Origin: Balanoglossus misakiensis
Taxonomy: Eukaryota; Animalia; Hemichordata
Assembly: GCA_040954595.2 (NCBI GenBank)
Contig: CM082586.2
Coordinates: 1 to 64,000 of the forward strand
Direction of reading: 5' to 3'
Length of the DNA stretch: 64,000 nucleotides
The notes under the pieces were generated by a model. The model saw only the letters and a list, made by a program, of their open reading frames with translations, searched no databases and was not told where the DNA came from. Of this stretch, positions 38,876 to 52,868 are shown one piece after another (position 1 is the first letter of the stretch; each line of letters begins with the position of its first letter). The position numbers were made by a program, and so were the translations under genes.

Positions 38876-41800
38876 CCCTACATGGTCTATGATAAAACAC
38901 ACTCAAATTTAATACGGATCAATAAAAACATGCATCAGTAGAATTGAGGAGTGAAGTTCATTACTGCAATGCCATGGAAACCTAAATCATTGGTTCACAA
39001 GGAAAATTAAAAACTCAAAGTAATTCTAAATTTGTCAATGGTATGTGTCAGGGAGCCCCTGCAGAGGGCAAAAATGCGTAATTTGAAAATCCACCTTGCC
39101 TACAGTCTTATGACTGAACCTTCAAAGTTGCCATTTTTGAAGTTTTTCCATAATTTATGCTAATTTTATGCAGGGTACACCCACACTTTGTGTCATACTA
39201 CCGTTTCAAAGATACATATCCAATGTACCAAATGAGTATAAAACTTATCTCCCAACCTATTGTGAATAGCCTAGGAGAGCTCTATCCAATGATGCACTGG
39301 GTTCTGAGAGAGTGCAGGATTTCACTACAAGGCCAAGCTGCTGCTGTAGCTGACAAAGCAAAGTCAGTTTTATGAAAGTGAATGACCAATAATAACACTG
39401 GATTGATGTATATTACTATGTAGTGCATAAATGTTGGCAAGACAACCAATTTTGTTGCTGGTTGTGTGATATGTAATTGTATTAATGGTATACTTATTTG
39501 TAAATAAAACCATTGGTGCATAGGTACCGGTATGACAGTTTAGTAAATAAAAGATCTGTGTAGTCCAGAAGGCATAACATGATCTACCATTGATTACCGA
39601 GGTGATGACCAGTGTAGTTATAATGCAATACCATCAATTGCATCTAGAATTTATACTGTTAACATGGTTAAAGTTGTGATATTTGGTCCATCCACAGATC
39701 ATAGTAGTACATGTATCGCACATTTGCTGTAAAGTATAAAACTGAAGGGCCAATGGTTTTTATTGACAATAAAGTTATAATTGACTCTTTTGCTGGCTTA
39801 AAAGTATCCACTCACTGGTAGTACCTGCTTGGAGAACGCATCTTAACGCAAGACGAAATATGTACACGTTGCTACTACGTTACCTCTTTTGTTCTCCACA
39901 AAAGAAAGTGCTGCACAGTATAAACAATGAAGAGAACAACGCGTATGCTCTGAAATTAACTCACTTCCGCCTTTCTAAAAACGCGTTGCGCTAGTTTGCG
40001 CTACACTTTGGACGATATGTAGGGGTCGGAAACGCTAGAAGTTTGTATGTATTTTGAAGAGCGCGTTGGTTCAGGTACGCCCTACTTCATTTACATGCCG
40101 AAAACGGTGAAATTAGCAAATTTTTTCCATTTTTCGATAAATTTCGCCCCACCTTTTCAATTCACGTGTTCCCTCTCTTGTAGACAAGATGAAGAATGAC
40201 ACATGGTTTCAAATTTCATGTCAATACGCCCACGCGATTACTCAAAAACGGGAAAATCCCACGACGTGACGGTCGCAAAATGGCGTCCATGAAAACAAAA
40301 ACCTTTCAAACTGTTCGCGAATTTACGCCAAATCGCGTACTTCAAAATATTAACCAACAACGGGAGGTGGAAGTACATTCACTTGTCTTTGACTAACGCG
40401 TTTCAGACCACTGAACTCCACCGCGATTACCTTCTGATTAGCAAACCATTTCGGGTCGCAACCCCATGGTGTGGAATAGGAAGGTCCGACCTTTGGGATC
40501 CCTACTAAATGCCTGAAGTCGCGAATAAACATGTGTGATTTACGTACATCGTGAAATGCAACACACCAGCTCGGCTATATTCATGCACACTCTGGCAAAC
40601 AGACAAACACACGTACGCATTAAATTGGTTGCGCGGTTTCATGACTTTGATAATAGGGCTCAGCATTGGTGTCGCGCCAGCGGTTAATGACTAGAAATGT
40701 ATTTCCATCTGAAGATGCACAGTCATCAGTTTCGTGGTCAACAATAGTATTGATTCATTACAAGGCTATGTGGAGCAAATTGGCGAGGTTGAGGCCGTAA
40801 CGCCGAGAAAACAAAGACCTGTACACACAGTGGCTGTACGAAGGGCTAGGATTACACGGTAAATACTCCTAGTTTTCTCTCGACTACATACCACTTGTTC
40901 TCCAACCAGAACAAAAAACTAACGAATAGGCGATTTATTTGGTGCAAGTGTTGAAAACCGAAAGCACTTGGGCGTCCGCGCCATGTTGCAAGCGGAAAAT
41001 CATGTCGCAACTTGGAACAATAGCGAGTACTCCGACTACTCTCTCTCTCTCTCTCTCGAAAATTGGCTAAAATTATTACGGAGTTCTTCACCTTTCCCAA
41101 CTAGGGTCAAAAAGTCACCGCGGTAATTGTGGAAAATACCGGTTGCTTACCTGGTAGATACTATGTTTTTATCTTGGGTTCCGGGCAGTAGAGATTCCCG
41201 TAGCTTGTCAGGCAAAATCATGTAGGCTGTTGTTCATTTGATAGTCCGGGTCGTTCTGCGCTATTTGCGTTAACACGTGGATGAGCTCGTAGCACAGGTG
41301 CAGTGGACCCTCGCCAAGTCGCGACCCTAGATGTCGCGCTGCACAGGTGATCACAGCGTCTCACATGTGCAGTGGGACGCCACCAACGAACAGATGCCCA
41401 CGAATTACTACATCGAGCCTTTGCAGCAACCAACTCATTCATCGCGGTGCTGGAGAGGTTTTGCATAACATGAAGTAAAATAACAAATATTAAAATGTAG
41501 AAAAACAGGTCTCACAGATAAAATTTGTGGAAAGTAAGAAAAAAATGCTCTTGTAAGCCTTATAATTTCAGAGATTGTGCATCACATGTCAAAAGACTAG
41601 CCTACATACTTACTTACCTGTAGAGGAATGCCAGTAGCTACAGAGTCAAACTAGGTAATTCGTACATCTCACATAGACTAACACACATATACGTACGTAC
41701 GGACGAGTGTCAATTTTCAAGACAGTGAGATTTATAGAGATTCTTTTCTAACAACTCTTCCTTTGCCATATTGCAGCAACTCTATTCGTATAGTTTTGAG

Positions 41801-44800
41801 ATCAGTTCTCCAATATGTTATAGATGAGATGTTGCCCTTTCTAATATTAATTGCACCTTGATGATCGGACTTCCTTTCAATAAGCACTGAAACAAATATT
41901 TAAAATGATGAATATGATGTTTAAGGGAAATGGGCAATTGTATTGTGCCACTCATTTGCACACAAACAATAACATTTTACAGTTTGTAGAAAATGGTTAA
42001 TTTAGCAAATAGATTTCATCCTTAGAGTGAACAGGCGCCAATCCCTCAAATCTACAATGCACTTTATGGTGGTTTATATTGAAAATAACTTATTGAAATT
42101 ACATCGTAACCAAGCAAGATAACTCGAAAGGTTACGTTTACACAGGCTTACATGGGCACATGAATTTGTGGAGATGTGTTAATTCTTACACCGAGACCTG
42201 AGACGTTTCAGAAACGTCTTTATGGTGACTGTGTGAACCCCACATGTATTACAAACTTCTTTGACATGATTTTATTTTAAACCACAGTATAATTTTGCAT
42301 GTTGTTATCATGAAATCACACCATGTTACCCTGGCAGACAACCCAAGCTACCTATCGAGGGTATATTTAGCTGTTCTCATATGACATTTATTGATACTAT
42401 AATAGTAAGGTTTGAAATATCTATTCAATTTTAAGTTATAATTATGATGACCCAACTAATCAAGGTCCTTAACCACATATATATTTTATTGTTCTGGTGT
42501 TAGTGGTCTAAAACAATAAAAGAATTGCATCGCCTATTTGGTTTCATGAGTCTGTTAATGTTAAACTTATTTGAATAATTATTTACTGAGTGCATGGTAC
42601 AGACGGGGACATCGTAGCCGACCACATCTTGCATGTTGAAGGTGAGCGCCAGTTTTCTTCGAAAATTTATTTCAGTCTTTGTAGGAGAAACACGTCTGAT
42701 GACAGAAAGTATAAATGCTTCTCGTTCAATGTCAAACTTTCGAATACACTGCGTGGCGCTCACAAGTTTCGCAGTACCGGACAAACGTTTGGGTATTGAC
42801 TTTGCAATTTGATAAGAAAAATCCTGCAAAGTTTATATCGACCTTTGTTCTTGACTGTCTTCATTTTACTCTTTGGCGTTTTGTGTTTTACGGTGTCTTG
42901 TAAATGTTGAAACAGACCGTTCTTGACGCAGGAGGCGCTGTTCGAAAGCTACAAGCAGAGAGTCACCGTTTGCACAAATAACAGTACTCAATCACGTAGG
43001 TCTACATAATATTATAATAAATGACATTCACGTTTGAGTTTGCTTTGAATACTGGTTGTATCGCGCCAGAACAGCATGGTAAGGTGATGTTCTTTATTGA
43101 CCAAATTATCTTGATTCATCGAACAACTGTTTTATGTCTGAAAATGTCCGCCATACTCTATCACCATTGGCCTAACATGTCTATCCGTGGCTGAGCATAT
43201 CTACAGGGCAGTGGCCTTTCTGATAGACCAATCTATACCTTCGTTCGGTAATATCTAACCTCATGTACATTTACGTACGTTTGTATTGTTTTGTTGTGTG
43301 GGTGGATGGGTGGCTAGAGTAACAGTTATCTTGTCCCACTGTTCGGACCCCTGAGAGAAACTGCCAAGCTGCTATTGAGTCGTGTTAAAAGTGAATTTAG
43401 TATTCTTCGTGAGGTATCGGTACGACTAAGACACCCCCCTCCCGACCGAATGTTTGAGATCTTTGTTTTAATTCTTCGGTTGCTGTGAAACCCCTCACCC
43501 TTGACCCTATTCCTCAAAGGCCGCGACAGGCAGAGTGACTGGGTGGTAGCTCCGTGGGCGGCGGACAAAACGCCGAGAAATGAAAGGAACCGCGCCGCTT
43601 TGTTGGACAAACAAAATAAGAGAATTTCTGAAGAACAGGTGAACAAAGGGCAGTGACGTGATCTTGGCACAAACGCCCTGCACAGTACTGTCGACTGCTT
43701 GCAACGACAGTATGCGGTCGCATACGGGTTACCTATAACCTATTTTGTGCTACGCCACTCTGTGTTCATCCGTCCATTTTGTTTGTAACATGTGATCAGG
43801 TAAAGTAGTCGACCGCTGATTACATCGTTTATAAGTAGTTTTCCTTGCCCTAGCTATAAGACGTGTCTGTTGAAATACCTACTATTTAAATTCAGTTAGC
43901 AACGAACAACCTGTGCCAAGATGGCCACCTATCACAGGTCAGCCACATTTTATTTACATGTTTTATTTGCAAAGTATAGCTTAATCGCAAATCATTCTGT
44001 CAGTGGATTGTTGACTATATCTGCATGTCGTTATGTATGTCACGGTGTATGTCACTGTGTATCTGAAGGTAAACTGACTACCCTGCGCGTCCGAACGTTT
44101 GTGATATGACATGCTAGAACACGACTTTCGCATAATACCATGCTATTTGGCAACTGATCAAACCTGACCAAGAATATCGTCAAAAAATGTGCCCGTTACC
44201 TGGCCTTTTGATACACACAAGAGTTGGGATCGTTGGCGATAAAATAGGCTACATCCGGGTGACCGAGAAATCATTAATTGGTGTGCGGAGGTCTGTGGTG
44301 AAAGCTTACGGGCCCTTCGTGTGTGTCCGTCGAGCCTGCCGGTTCCGTTTTACGAATATGTCGTGAGTCAGTCGTTCTCACTCTTTCTTCCATGGTGCAT
44401 CCGTTCACACCGTGCAGCGAATCAATATTTATAGCGTTTACGTGGCCATGGCAACAAGGCAGCCTATTTCATCGGTATTATGAGTACGAGGTCAACGCAC
44501 AGCTAATGGCTTCCATGTTCATTGCTCCTCACAATGATTAGACCAGCTAGCTCAGCTAAACCGTACGTACGGTCTTTTGTCTCCCCCACAGCACTTGTGT
44601 GTTGATCGTGTGCGTTATTAAAGCTCCATTAGCTGTTACGTTTCGCTATTTCTTCAGTATATGTTTGTTTTGTGTGTCTATTGCAGTTTCTTGTTCAAAT
44701 CCCTGAAGCATGATGAAATGCATAGTATCCAGCTCAAGTTATTAACTACCTATATAGTCAACATTGTTATAATGCAAAATTTGGATACAATACAATAACA

Positions 44801-45003
44801 ATGGTATATTAGCATGCTGTTTGGAATAGAAAAAAGAAAATGTATTTGGTACACAGAACAAAAACTCTGAATGTAAAGGCATAATTACAATAACCTGGCC
44901 GTGTTTAGCCATGAAAAATTAATTAAAGAGACAAACTAATATTGATTTTCGCTTCCTCCCCTGCATCACTTTATAGTTGGGAACCAACGATTGAGTAGCA
45001 ACC

Positions 45004-46599
45004 ATGGCAACCAAACACGGGGAAGATTTTACATGCTCTCGCCTTGAAGAGTGTGATGGCTCTGTGAGCAGTAATAATAGGATACACCCAGGTGAAAACG
45101 TGGAAGAAACTAACGTCAGTGGGACGACCATCGCGAGTGAAAATCAGACAATTCAAGCAAACGCATGCGCAACAGATATGGAATCGACACCAACGGAGCA
45201 CCCAACAGCGAACGGGGCATGTGCAACAGGTGACAAACCTACACCAGCAGACTTGTATAAAGTACTTGAAGGCTTACTGGCTCTTGACGATTCTGTTCGG
45301 AAAAAATCACCTCAAAAGAAAAGTCGACCAAAAAGCGCGGGTGAATATCTTATCGGTTCAGATATAGAAAGCAGTGATGCCGTTGTAGCTGATGAGAGTC
45401 TAGAACGTGACACAAACGCGAAGGACGGTCAAACTGTCCGTTTTCACGATAAAACGAAAACACCTGAAGAGAAAACCGCCCTCCGCAGATACATGTCCAG
45501 TGATGAGAGCAAGAAAAACAAGAAATTTCAGAAAAGAACATCATGGTTTGGGAATAGCAGATCGCTGTCTCGAACACAAAGCGCGTACACGTTCCAAGAA
45601 GGTGACGTGAGTTACCATGATCCACACGACCTCAATAAATTTTCTTGGAGTGGCGAAAATCTCGCTTACCGAAAACCTTCGAGCACGTCGATGCCTAATC
45701 TTTCATCCATGATGGCGAATAATAACTCGTACGAACCTGAATTGGTGTGGAAATTTAACAACACCGCTTCATCGAGATATGAGTTACGCAATCCCCGTGG
45801 TTTGACTGTGTCTTCCAAAGGTACAGTTTTTGTCTGTGACCCTGGCAACCGTAAACTTCAGGCTTTCAGTTTCACCAACAACTTCACATGGAAATTTCCA
45901 GCAGACAGCGGAGACTCAGATCGCAGAGACAACAAGAAGAAGCAACATTTCGACCCGCGAGATGTTACACTGTCACGTGACGAACGCAACGTACTCGTCA
46001 CAGACTTTGGTAGTGAGTCCGTTTTTGAAATTTGTGTGTCCACGAGTGATGTTACCGGACAGTACCATTCTCTGCACCTGCGTGGACCTTGGGGAATTGC
46101 CCAAAACAGAGAACTTCTTGTTTTTGTTGCGTGCAATAAATCTCACTGCATTGTAGTGTTAAAAGAAGGGAAGGTTGTCAGAGTTATGGGCAAACAGGGG
46201 AGTGCCCCGGGTCAATTTAAATGCCCAACTTTCCTCGCAATAGATAGTCGTGACAACCTCTTTGTGGCGGACTCTCGAAATTTCAGAGTTCAGATTCTAA
46301 ACGCCGAGGGCGCCTTCCTGGACTGCATCCAAGACAAGCAAAAATTTCCATCGATGACTGGGATTGCGATCGACAACACCAACAATCTGTTTGTCGCCGA
46401 CGACAAGCTCGGTTACATCTGGGTGTATGATGTAGAAGGGAAACTGAAAGCCCGCATCAAGCGTTGTCACGGAGACAAGAAGTTCTCCAAGCCCCAAGGG
46501 ATTTCGTCTACACCAGAAGGCAGAATTGTAATTGTCGACAAAATGCACATCCGGGTATTAAATTGCTGGCACCTCGTTCCGTTAAAAGATGGTCAGTAA
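45004..46599 (+). CDS. NHL-repeat beta-propeller protein (TRIM2/3/71-like NHL domain, no RING or B-box), 531 aa, single coding exon
   Basis: ATG is in ACCATGG context, with a splice acceptor (pyrimidine tract + TATAG, ~44976) just upstream. C-terminal NHL repeats: LRNPRGLTVSSKGTVFVCDPGNRKLQAF, FDPRDVTL..VLVTDFG, LRGPWGIA, GKQGSAPGQFKCPTFLAIDSRDNLFVADSRNFRVQIL, FSKPQGIS. The N-terminal ~240 aa are polar and low in complexity. Confidence 0.9.
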   Translation: MATKHGEDFTCSRLEECDGSVSSNNRIHPGENVEETNVSGTTIASENQTIQANACATDMESTPTEHPTANGACATGDKPTPADLYKVLEGLLALDDSVRKKSPQKKSRPKSAGEYLIGSDIESSDAVVADESLERDTNAKDGQTVRFHDKTKTPEEKTALRRYMSSDESKKNKKFQKRTSWFGNSRSLSRTQSAYTFQEGDVSYHDPHDLNKFSWSGENLAYRKPSSTSMPNLSSMMANNNSYEPELVWKFNNTASSRYELRNPRGLTVSSKGTVFVCDPGNRKLQAFSFTNNFTWKFPADSGDSDRRDNKKKQHFDPRDVTLSRDERNVLVTDFGSESVFEICVSTSDVTGQYHSLHLRGPWGIAQNRELLVFVACNKSHCIVVLKEGKVVRVMGKQGSAPGQFKCPTFLAIDSRDNLFVADSRNFRVQILNAEGAFLDCIQDKQKFPSMTGIAIDNTNNLFVADDKLGYIWVYDVEGKLKARIKRCHGDKKFSKPQGISSTPEGRIVIVDKMHIRVLNCWHLVPLKDGQ

Positions 46600-47492
46600 A
46601 CATTACAAGCCGAACAGAATGTCCAGTCAAGCTGTGTACATAATTGATGGGACGCTTCACTCATCCAATTGAAAATGCTTCACTTATCACGTGACTGTGT
46701 GTACTTCGCAAAGTAACTTAATCGTCATTTACAATTAAGAACAAAATTGAATATAACATACCTAAGACTCGATTGGAAAATTTACAATACGGCCTTATAA
46801 ACTCAATTTAGACTTCCGAAATGAGTTTTTTTTCATTGAAATATCTAAATGCTAACAACCTTGTAACCGTTTTGGATTCGAAGGGTAACTAATATTATTA
46901 AAATATATCGTGTATATGTCCATGTATATCAAATAACTGTCGCCACCAACTGTCGCCAGATTTTTGTACTTCTGCAAACATTTACAGTGTAGTATCCACA
47001 TCAATCTATACTCAAATCCATTGAAATCAACAACACGACGAAAAGTCAGGTATTATTTTTTTCAGCGTTCGAACACGGATATTTAATCAGATGGAGTTTT
47101 CGTCAATGCGTAATAATCGTTAGATGGTCAGAGAATACGTAAATATCAATAAAAGCTATTGTTTATGTGTAATAACGAGTCTCTAATGTGTATTTAACTG
47201 TTAACATACATTTTGCCTATACTGCCTTGACAATCAGAAATTTAAAATAAAATGAAGTAAAATCAGAAATTAAAATAAAAGAGGGAAAGTTTGATTGACT
47301 ACATGAAAACTTAAAATTACACTCGAGCTGACAAAATTTACAGTGCATCGACACTCTTTGTGTTGATAGCAAACGTACGACGTAACCATATTCACTATAG
47401 AACGAACATTGTAAAGGTATTAAAAAAATTCCCACTGAGACACACGTGTCTCATGGGGTGCTACATTTGCTTCTACGCAAAGAATAACTTAA

Positions 47493-48713
47493 CTAGCAGT
47501 TTTTACCAATCCACGAAAAATTTTGCTTGAGAAGATTAGATAGAGCGTGATCGAAAGGCCTGTAAAACTCACACAATCTTTGCAGTGCCCAGTCAGCAAC
47601 CACTGGGTGAGTTCTTCCCTTGGCGGATGGCATACAAAACCTCTTTGGATAAGACACACAATAATTGTGTTTAATCTCGTCATAGTAAAAATGCTCCTTC
47701 CGATAATAATGCCGAACCCCAAGAAATTTCTCTAATTTATACATCTCCTCTGGTGGGTTCTTTCTAAAATTATCCCCGTCCATAAAATGTATTTGTTGTC
47801 GAGGGAAGTATTCTAACCAATGAAACAGGTGCTTTACATAAATACCAACGTCCACGATTTCGCTGTAGATGTTGACATTTTTCGTCACGTTACTCTCAAA
47901 CACAGTTTCCTCTACTGTAGAGGCCATGTTCTTCTTTTGCATATAGTCACGATCAGTTTTGTTGATAAACTCGAGATAGTCCGAGATGAGACGGCGTACG
48001 GGATCACAAACCATCACGATAATTTTGGTGCTTGGCGAAAGAGTGTCATGAATCCGTTTTGGACAATCAATTGGCCGAAAGAAGTAGGTTGGAGTTTTCT
48101 CAATAGTCATTTGGTAACGTGAGGACAGAGGCATTTGCGACGCGTACCATTCTAAACCGGGCTCTTTTTCAGAATCGAAATAGTGCGTTTCATCTCTCGG
48201 AGAGACAAACTGAGGATGAACGTTAAGTAACTTCGACACTGTCCCTGTACCACACTTACGGACACCCGTTATGATTGCTTGTGGCAACCGTCTCTCGCAA
48301 CCCAAGCTCTCTTGATCGTCCTCGTTCACGGCAAATTTCAGACAGTACGCACACCGTGCAAGGTAATAACAAGAATGCTTGATATGCTCTTCCACATATT
48401 TCTCATAATTTAGACTAGCTTGCCAGATATCCGCCTCGTCTCCATCTTCATTCTTCGACCCCAACTTAGTTTGCCAATAATCCCGCACTGCTGGCTTCTC
48501 TGCCATAAGCTGTCGCGTCATCTCGCCCCCTCCAGGCCTCTGCAGATATCTCACGAGAAGTAAAGAAGACAAAAAAATGATACCATACACATATGCAGCC
48601 ATTCGAATATTTCGCCGTGGCAGAACCAAACGAGGAATTTCTTCCGTCATCTTCCAAACTAGAGCCAACTTATTCCAAATGGCGACGTAAACGGGGTGTG
48701 CGCCTCCTGACAT
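47493..48713 (-). CDS. Heparan sulfate glucosamine 3-O-sulfotransferase-like protein (HS3ST1/5 family), paralog A, 406 aa, type II membrane
   Basis: Signal-anchor AAYVYGIIFLSSLLLV. Family motifs: RRLPQAIITGVRKCGT (5'-PSB), ETHYFD, GLEWYASQMP, IEKTPTYF, DPVRRLISDY (3'-PB), FYYD..KHNYC, KGRTHP. Uninterrupted ORF ending in TAG. Confidence 0.93.
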   Translation of the reverse strand: MSGGAHPVYVAIWNKLALVWKMTEEIPRLVLPRRNIRMAAYVYGIIFLSSLLLVRYLQRPGGGEMTRQLMAEKPAVRDYWQTKLGSKNEDGDEADIWQASLNYEKYVEEHIKHSCYYLARCAYCLKFAVNEDDQESLGCERRLPQAIITGVRKCGTGTVSKLLNVHPQFVSPRDETHYFDSEKEPGLEWYASQMPLSSRYQMTIEKTPTYFFRPIDCPKRIHDTLSPSTKIIVMVCDPVRRLISDYLEFINKTDRDYMQKKNMASTVEETVFESNVTKNVNIYSEIVDVGIYVKHLFHWLEYFPRQQIHFMDGDNFRKNPPEEMYKLEKFLGVRHYYRKEHFYYDEIKHNYCVSYPKRFCMPSAKGRTHPVVADWALQRLCEFYRPFDHALSNLLKQNFSWIGKNC

Positions 48714-51700
48714 GTTTTATTAGCGAAAACTATACACTGAATACGTTGTGTACGTCGTCATAATTTACTCTCTGCTCAATTAGTATGCGTGGCAAATTTT
48801 GATCTTTTTCCATGGCTACGTGCCAATGATATTATCGATAATCTGATTTACACAGTTAGTCCTCCATATGGCTAATATATTGTACAAAGAGGGGTATAAG
48901 CCAATCTCTATTGAAGGAGTATTTGATACGCAACAGCTTGAGGAGAATGAAAAAGAGTTAAAATGGAAAGTAAACAAAACACGTCTGTCGGTATGTTGAT
49001 GGATATAAAAAGCTGACCCATCCTTTTTGAGAATCGACCGAGAATTAAACTGAAACCGGAGTGCTGACAACAGGCTGAATTGAAATCTTATAAACGCGGG
49101 TTTTGATTGGGGGTTAGGCTGCGCCAGTCACCCCCTATTAACGTGGTTTTTTTGTGGAACAGGTTCGAACAAAAATAATAAATATGCGAATTTTACGATC
49201 AAGCAACAGGCAGATATTACTGAGGACATGTTGACAAGTTGGGCCTTTGTCATTTTTATGTCTGCGTTCATGAAACTAATTTATGTTCATCAGATCATAC
49301 ATTTTATGCAACGGTAACAATGCACGACACGAGCGGTGAAATATCCCGCTTCATTTTACAACATGTCAATAACACCCGGTGTTATCATTACCAATCATGA
49401 AACAAACATTGCTTTCTCATCAGCCATTAACGTTTGGACAGTGTGCAACTTGTGTATTTTCATTGGTTGAGAGTGGCCCTGCAAAATGCGTAGCTTCACC
49501 AGGTGGTTTCACTGATGTGTGTGCGCCACGTCAGTCGTGCCACCACTTCGTGTCGGATGACGACCGCGTACTCGTTACCTTCAACATGCTTGGGGAGGAT
49601 AACAAGCTTTGCTGGTCGTTCAGGGATTTTGGAGAACTGTCGGAAAATTTGCAGTACTCTACCATGTCGACGTTCGACCCTTCAAGCAACAAGTGAGTAT
49701 ACACCACTCGTTTATGTTGCTCATATGTGGTGTGGTTCAATAACTTTTCAAAACAGTTCAATACTCATCAGAACAAGACGGAATCAGGACTATCTTGTTC
49801 TGAGGGAAATTAAATAGTGAGCATGCCCTGTTATAAATTCGTCTTTGTATCTCCTTTTTGACATTTTTCTTTTCTTGCGGAGGGTTTATGAAGAGTTGCC
49901 TCGATCTTTAAATTTGCTGGTTCTTTGCTGAAATGTTCTCTCAGTGCAGTGGACATCCGAGAAGGGACCAGCAAAGAACCAACAAATGTAAAACTCGAGC
50001 CAACTTTTGGTCTGATTTTAATCAGATTGGCCAGGGTAATACCAACCTGATGCCACCGAAAATACTACCACGGCGCCAGTAGCGCCAGCCAAGTGGTATG
50101 ACGTCAATGTCCCCGTAGAATTATATATATCAAAGCGCCCTCACACCCATGCAGTTGTTTGTGCATACCGCGAATCACGCACGCACGCACCGGTTAAGCG
50201 GTTGGGTTGAACAAAACGGCCATGTGCGTGCATTTCTGGACTAGTTTTACCCGTTGTTATGCGGTTACAGGTATATTGTCACCAATGCAAATTTAACCAA
50301 TGATACCATGGAAAATTCAAATACATGTACATGTTGTGTGTATAGCAATCAAAGATTTTCAGTGGGTGGCACAATAGGGGGGAAAATGCGCCACCACATG
50401 GCAATGCATTCTTCCTATCTTCGAAGTGAAGGACCGAGCATTAAAATCTTAATGCTATTTTGGTCTCACTACCAACTGCTTCAAAAGAGCCTCTATCTCA
50501 GTAATATTCAGAATAGTTGTAAACGGAAATCGCCTCCGTCTGGTGCCAGTAGCGAATGAAAAGAATGTATACGTTTTTTGTAAATATTAAAATTGTGTCA
50601 ATAACACCGCTGCTGTATAGTGTATATCTACAACAGTGTGAGCATGACGCGTGTTCAGACGTTAGCTATAGCCATTTATGGCTCGATGAGATCCTACAAT
50701 AAAATGTATTCGCTTGATTGGAATTTGCTGCGTCAAAGCTGCACAGGCCAGGAAGCCAAAATACTATAAACTGCCTATTACAGGATATTGTATGGCCACA
50801 GCTGTTTATTCCTTTCAAATGTAAAATAGGTGTTATTTTAGAATAGGATCGCCGCTCATTGATATTCAAGGGGATTTGCTCTCTTTGAGCTCTGTAAAGC
50901 CCATCCGGAGCACTGCTTACGAAACCCCTCAACTGTACGTTGGTGCTAAATGAAAACAATATTCTAATTGATAAACCGACGGTTTTGCGCAACATTGTAA
51001 CACTAATATAAATATGGGAATACTGGTTACACTTCAAGTGGTGACGGTCCGAACCCGATCCGGATCGAAGCTGCTTATAGTTGCTTAGCAACAGGTGACA
51101 TTCAGAATGTGAGCGATGACACTCCAGTATTTTTCCGTGTTTGCTGGCAGTTTGAACGTTGAAGAATGCATGTATATTCGTGGGTGATTTGTGAACTCTT
51201 TGAAAGGACAGTACGATTGTCCGCATTTTAATTATACAGTAAATACCAGTTTTTAATTTTTATTTAAGTTCAAGGTGCTGTATTACTGTATCAAACGTTA
51301 TTGAATTTTACGGAAAATATGAAGACCCAATAAATAAAATCAGTGGTCTAGAATTAAAATGTATTCTAAAAGACTTGAGAATTGATTACCCCGTAACGAG
51401 GAGTCCAGATTATAATGTTGCTGAAAGCGCCATTGTCATCAGTAACATCTGTGTCGAGTGATTAATGGTGATCAGAAATCGGTAATGTAAAATGTTCGGA
51501 TCTAGATAAGTATGGGCGACGGGGCAATTTTTGTGCTTTTAAATTTCAACAGTTTAAATTTCACAGGACCTACACCAAAAATAATTTTGCAAAGGTATGT
51601 TCATTACTCGTTGATTCAACTAAATTTGGACTTACTCGGCTATATAAAACCACAACATGACACTTTTAAAAGTCATTATGTAGTTTTAATACGTGTAACA

Positions 51701-52868
51701 GATTTTCTCCACATCATAACCACAATATAATTGATAGAATATTTATATTTATAGTATATTTTGTGACAAATGACATGCAATTTTGGACGTGTCCCGCTAC
51801 GACTTACACCGCCGTGAAGTACATCGCAAACTCATATCGATATTTAACAACAATCAAATAGATCTTACAGATAATGACATTTTCTTTACATTTCCAAGTA
51901 GATTTTTAAAAGACTATAAAAGAATAACGTTTGTTATTCCGTTGTTGCAATTGAAACTAACTTCCAAATGAAGAAATATGTGCCTGTAGTTTCTAATCTT
52001 GTTTCCTTTTCCAATTCTGGTTGCAACATGACAATTTTAGATTACCATCCATGTGCTCTGTGAGACTTTGTGTAATCTGCTTTTCGTGTCATCCCCTGTT
52101 TTGTCCAGATGCACATTACACGCGTCACGTTAAATTCCGATCCAACGAGTTCACTAAATCGTGCCCGACCCACTGTGCGGAATCCCTCACCGTTTGTTAG
52201 CTTTCAGTAATGCTAACTGCAAGCACATATTCGTTAATTTTTCTCTTCCATACCAGCGAACATTCAGTTGATAGTGTAAACGTGGCCACCATTTGTCACA
52301 ACTGCCTTGAATATTAAATCACGAGATTACAGCAACTGACAAAAGCTGTGACCTTTGACACAGACTTTGCATGGAACATTGTGTGCCATATCCATTGTCT
52401 TCCCTTTCACCAGAAAAAAAGCTGACCAGTTATTAGCTTCAAGTATCCATAGCAAACAAGATTAACAAATATTAGAGAAATCATTCCAGATAATATAACT
52501 TAATGTAGCACGCAAAATATACTGGACTAGACAGCTCAGTAATTAAAGAGTACTTTTCGGAACACTGTGGATATCCATCACAAGATCTGCCTCAATATCC
52601 TCGTGGCATAAAGAAAAATGTAATGAAAGTAAAAGTTTCTGATTTGAGTTCGTGTTCACCTCAATTGGATTAGTACTGTCATAACGTTCATGGGAAGACC
52701 ATGTATTTGAAACAAACTACTGAAGATGATGGATGTCGAATTCTCATGCTGGAGATATATAATCATTGGTTTCTTTTGAGTAATATGCTGTACAGAGGGA
52801 AACACTGTTAAATTCTTCGTATTTACAAATACAACTACAGTTCCCGGATGCTTATTAAACCTGCTTTT

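Noticed and set aside
49379-49817. Short ORFs ending near a GTGAGT donor between the HS3ST genes
   Set aside because: There is no recognisable domain or partner exon. It may be a UTR exon or a transposon remnant, but neither can be supported.
50666-51226. 186-aa minus-strand ORF
   Set aside because: It has no family motifs and its composition resembles non-coding DNA.
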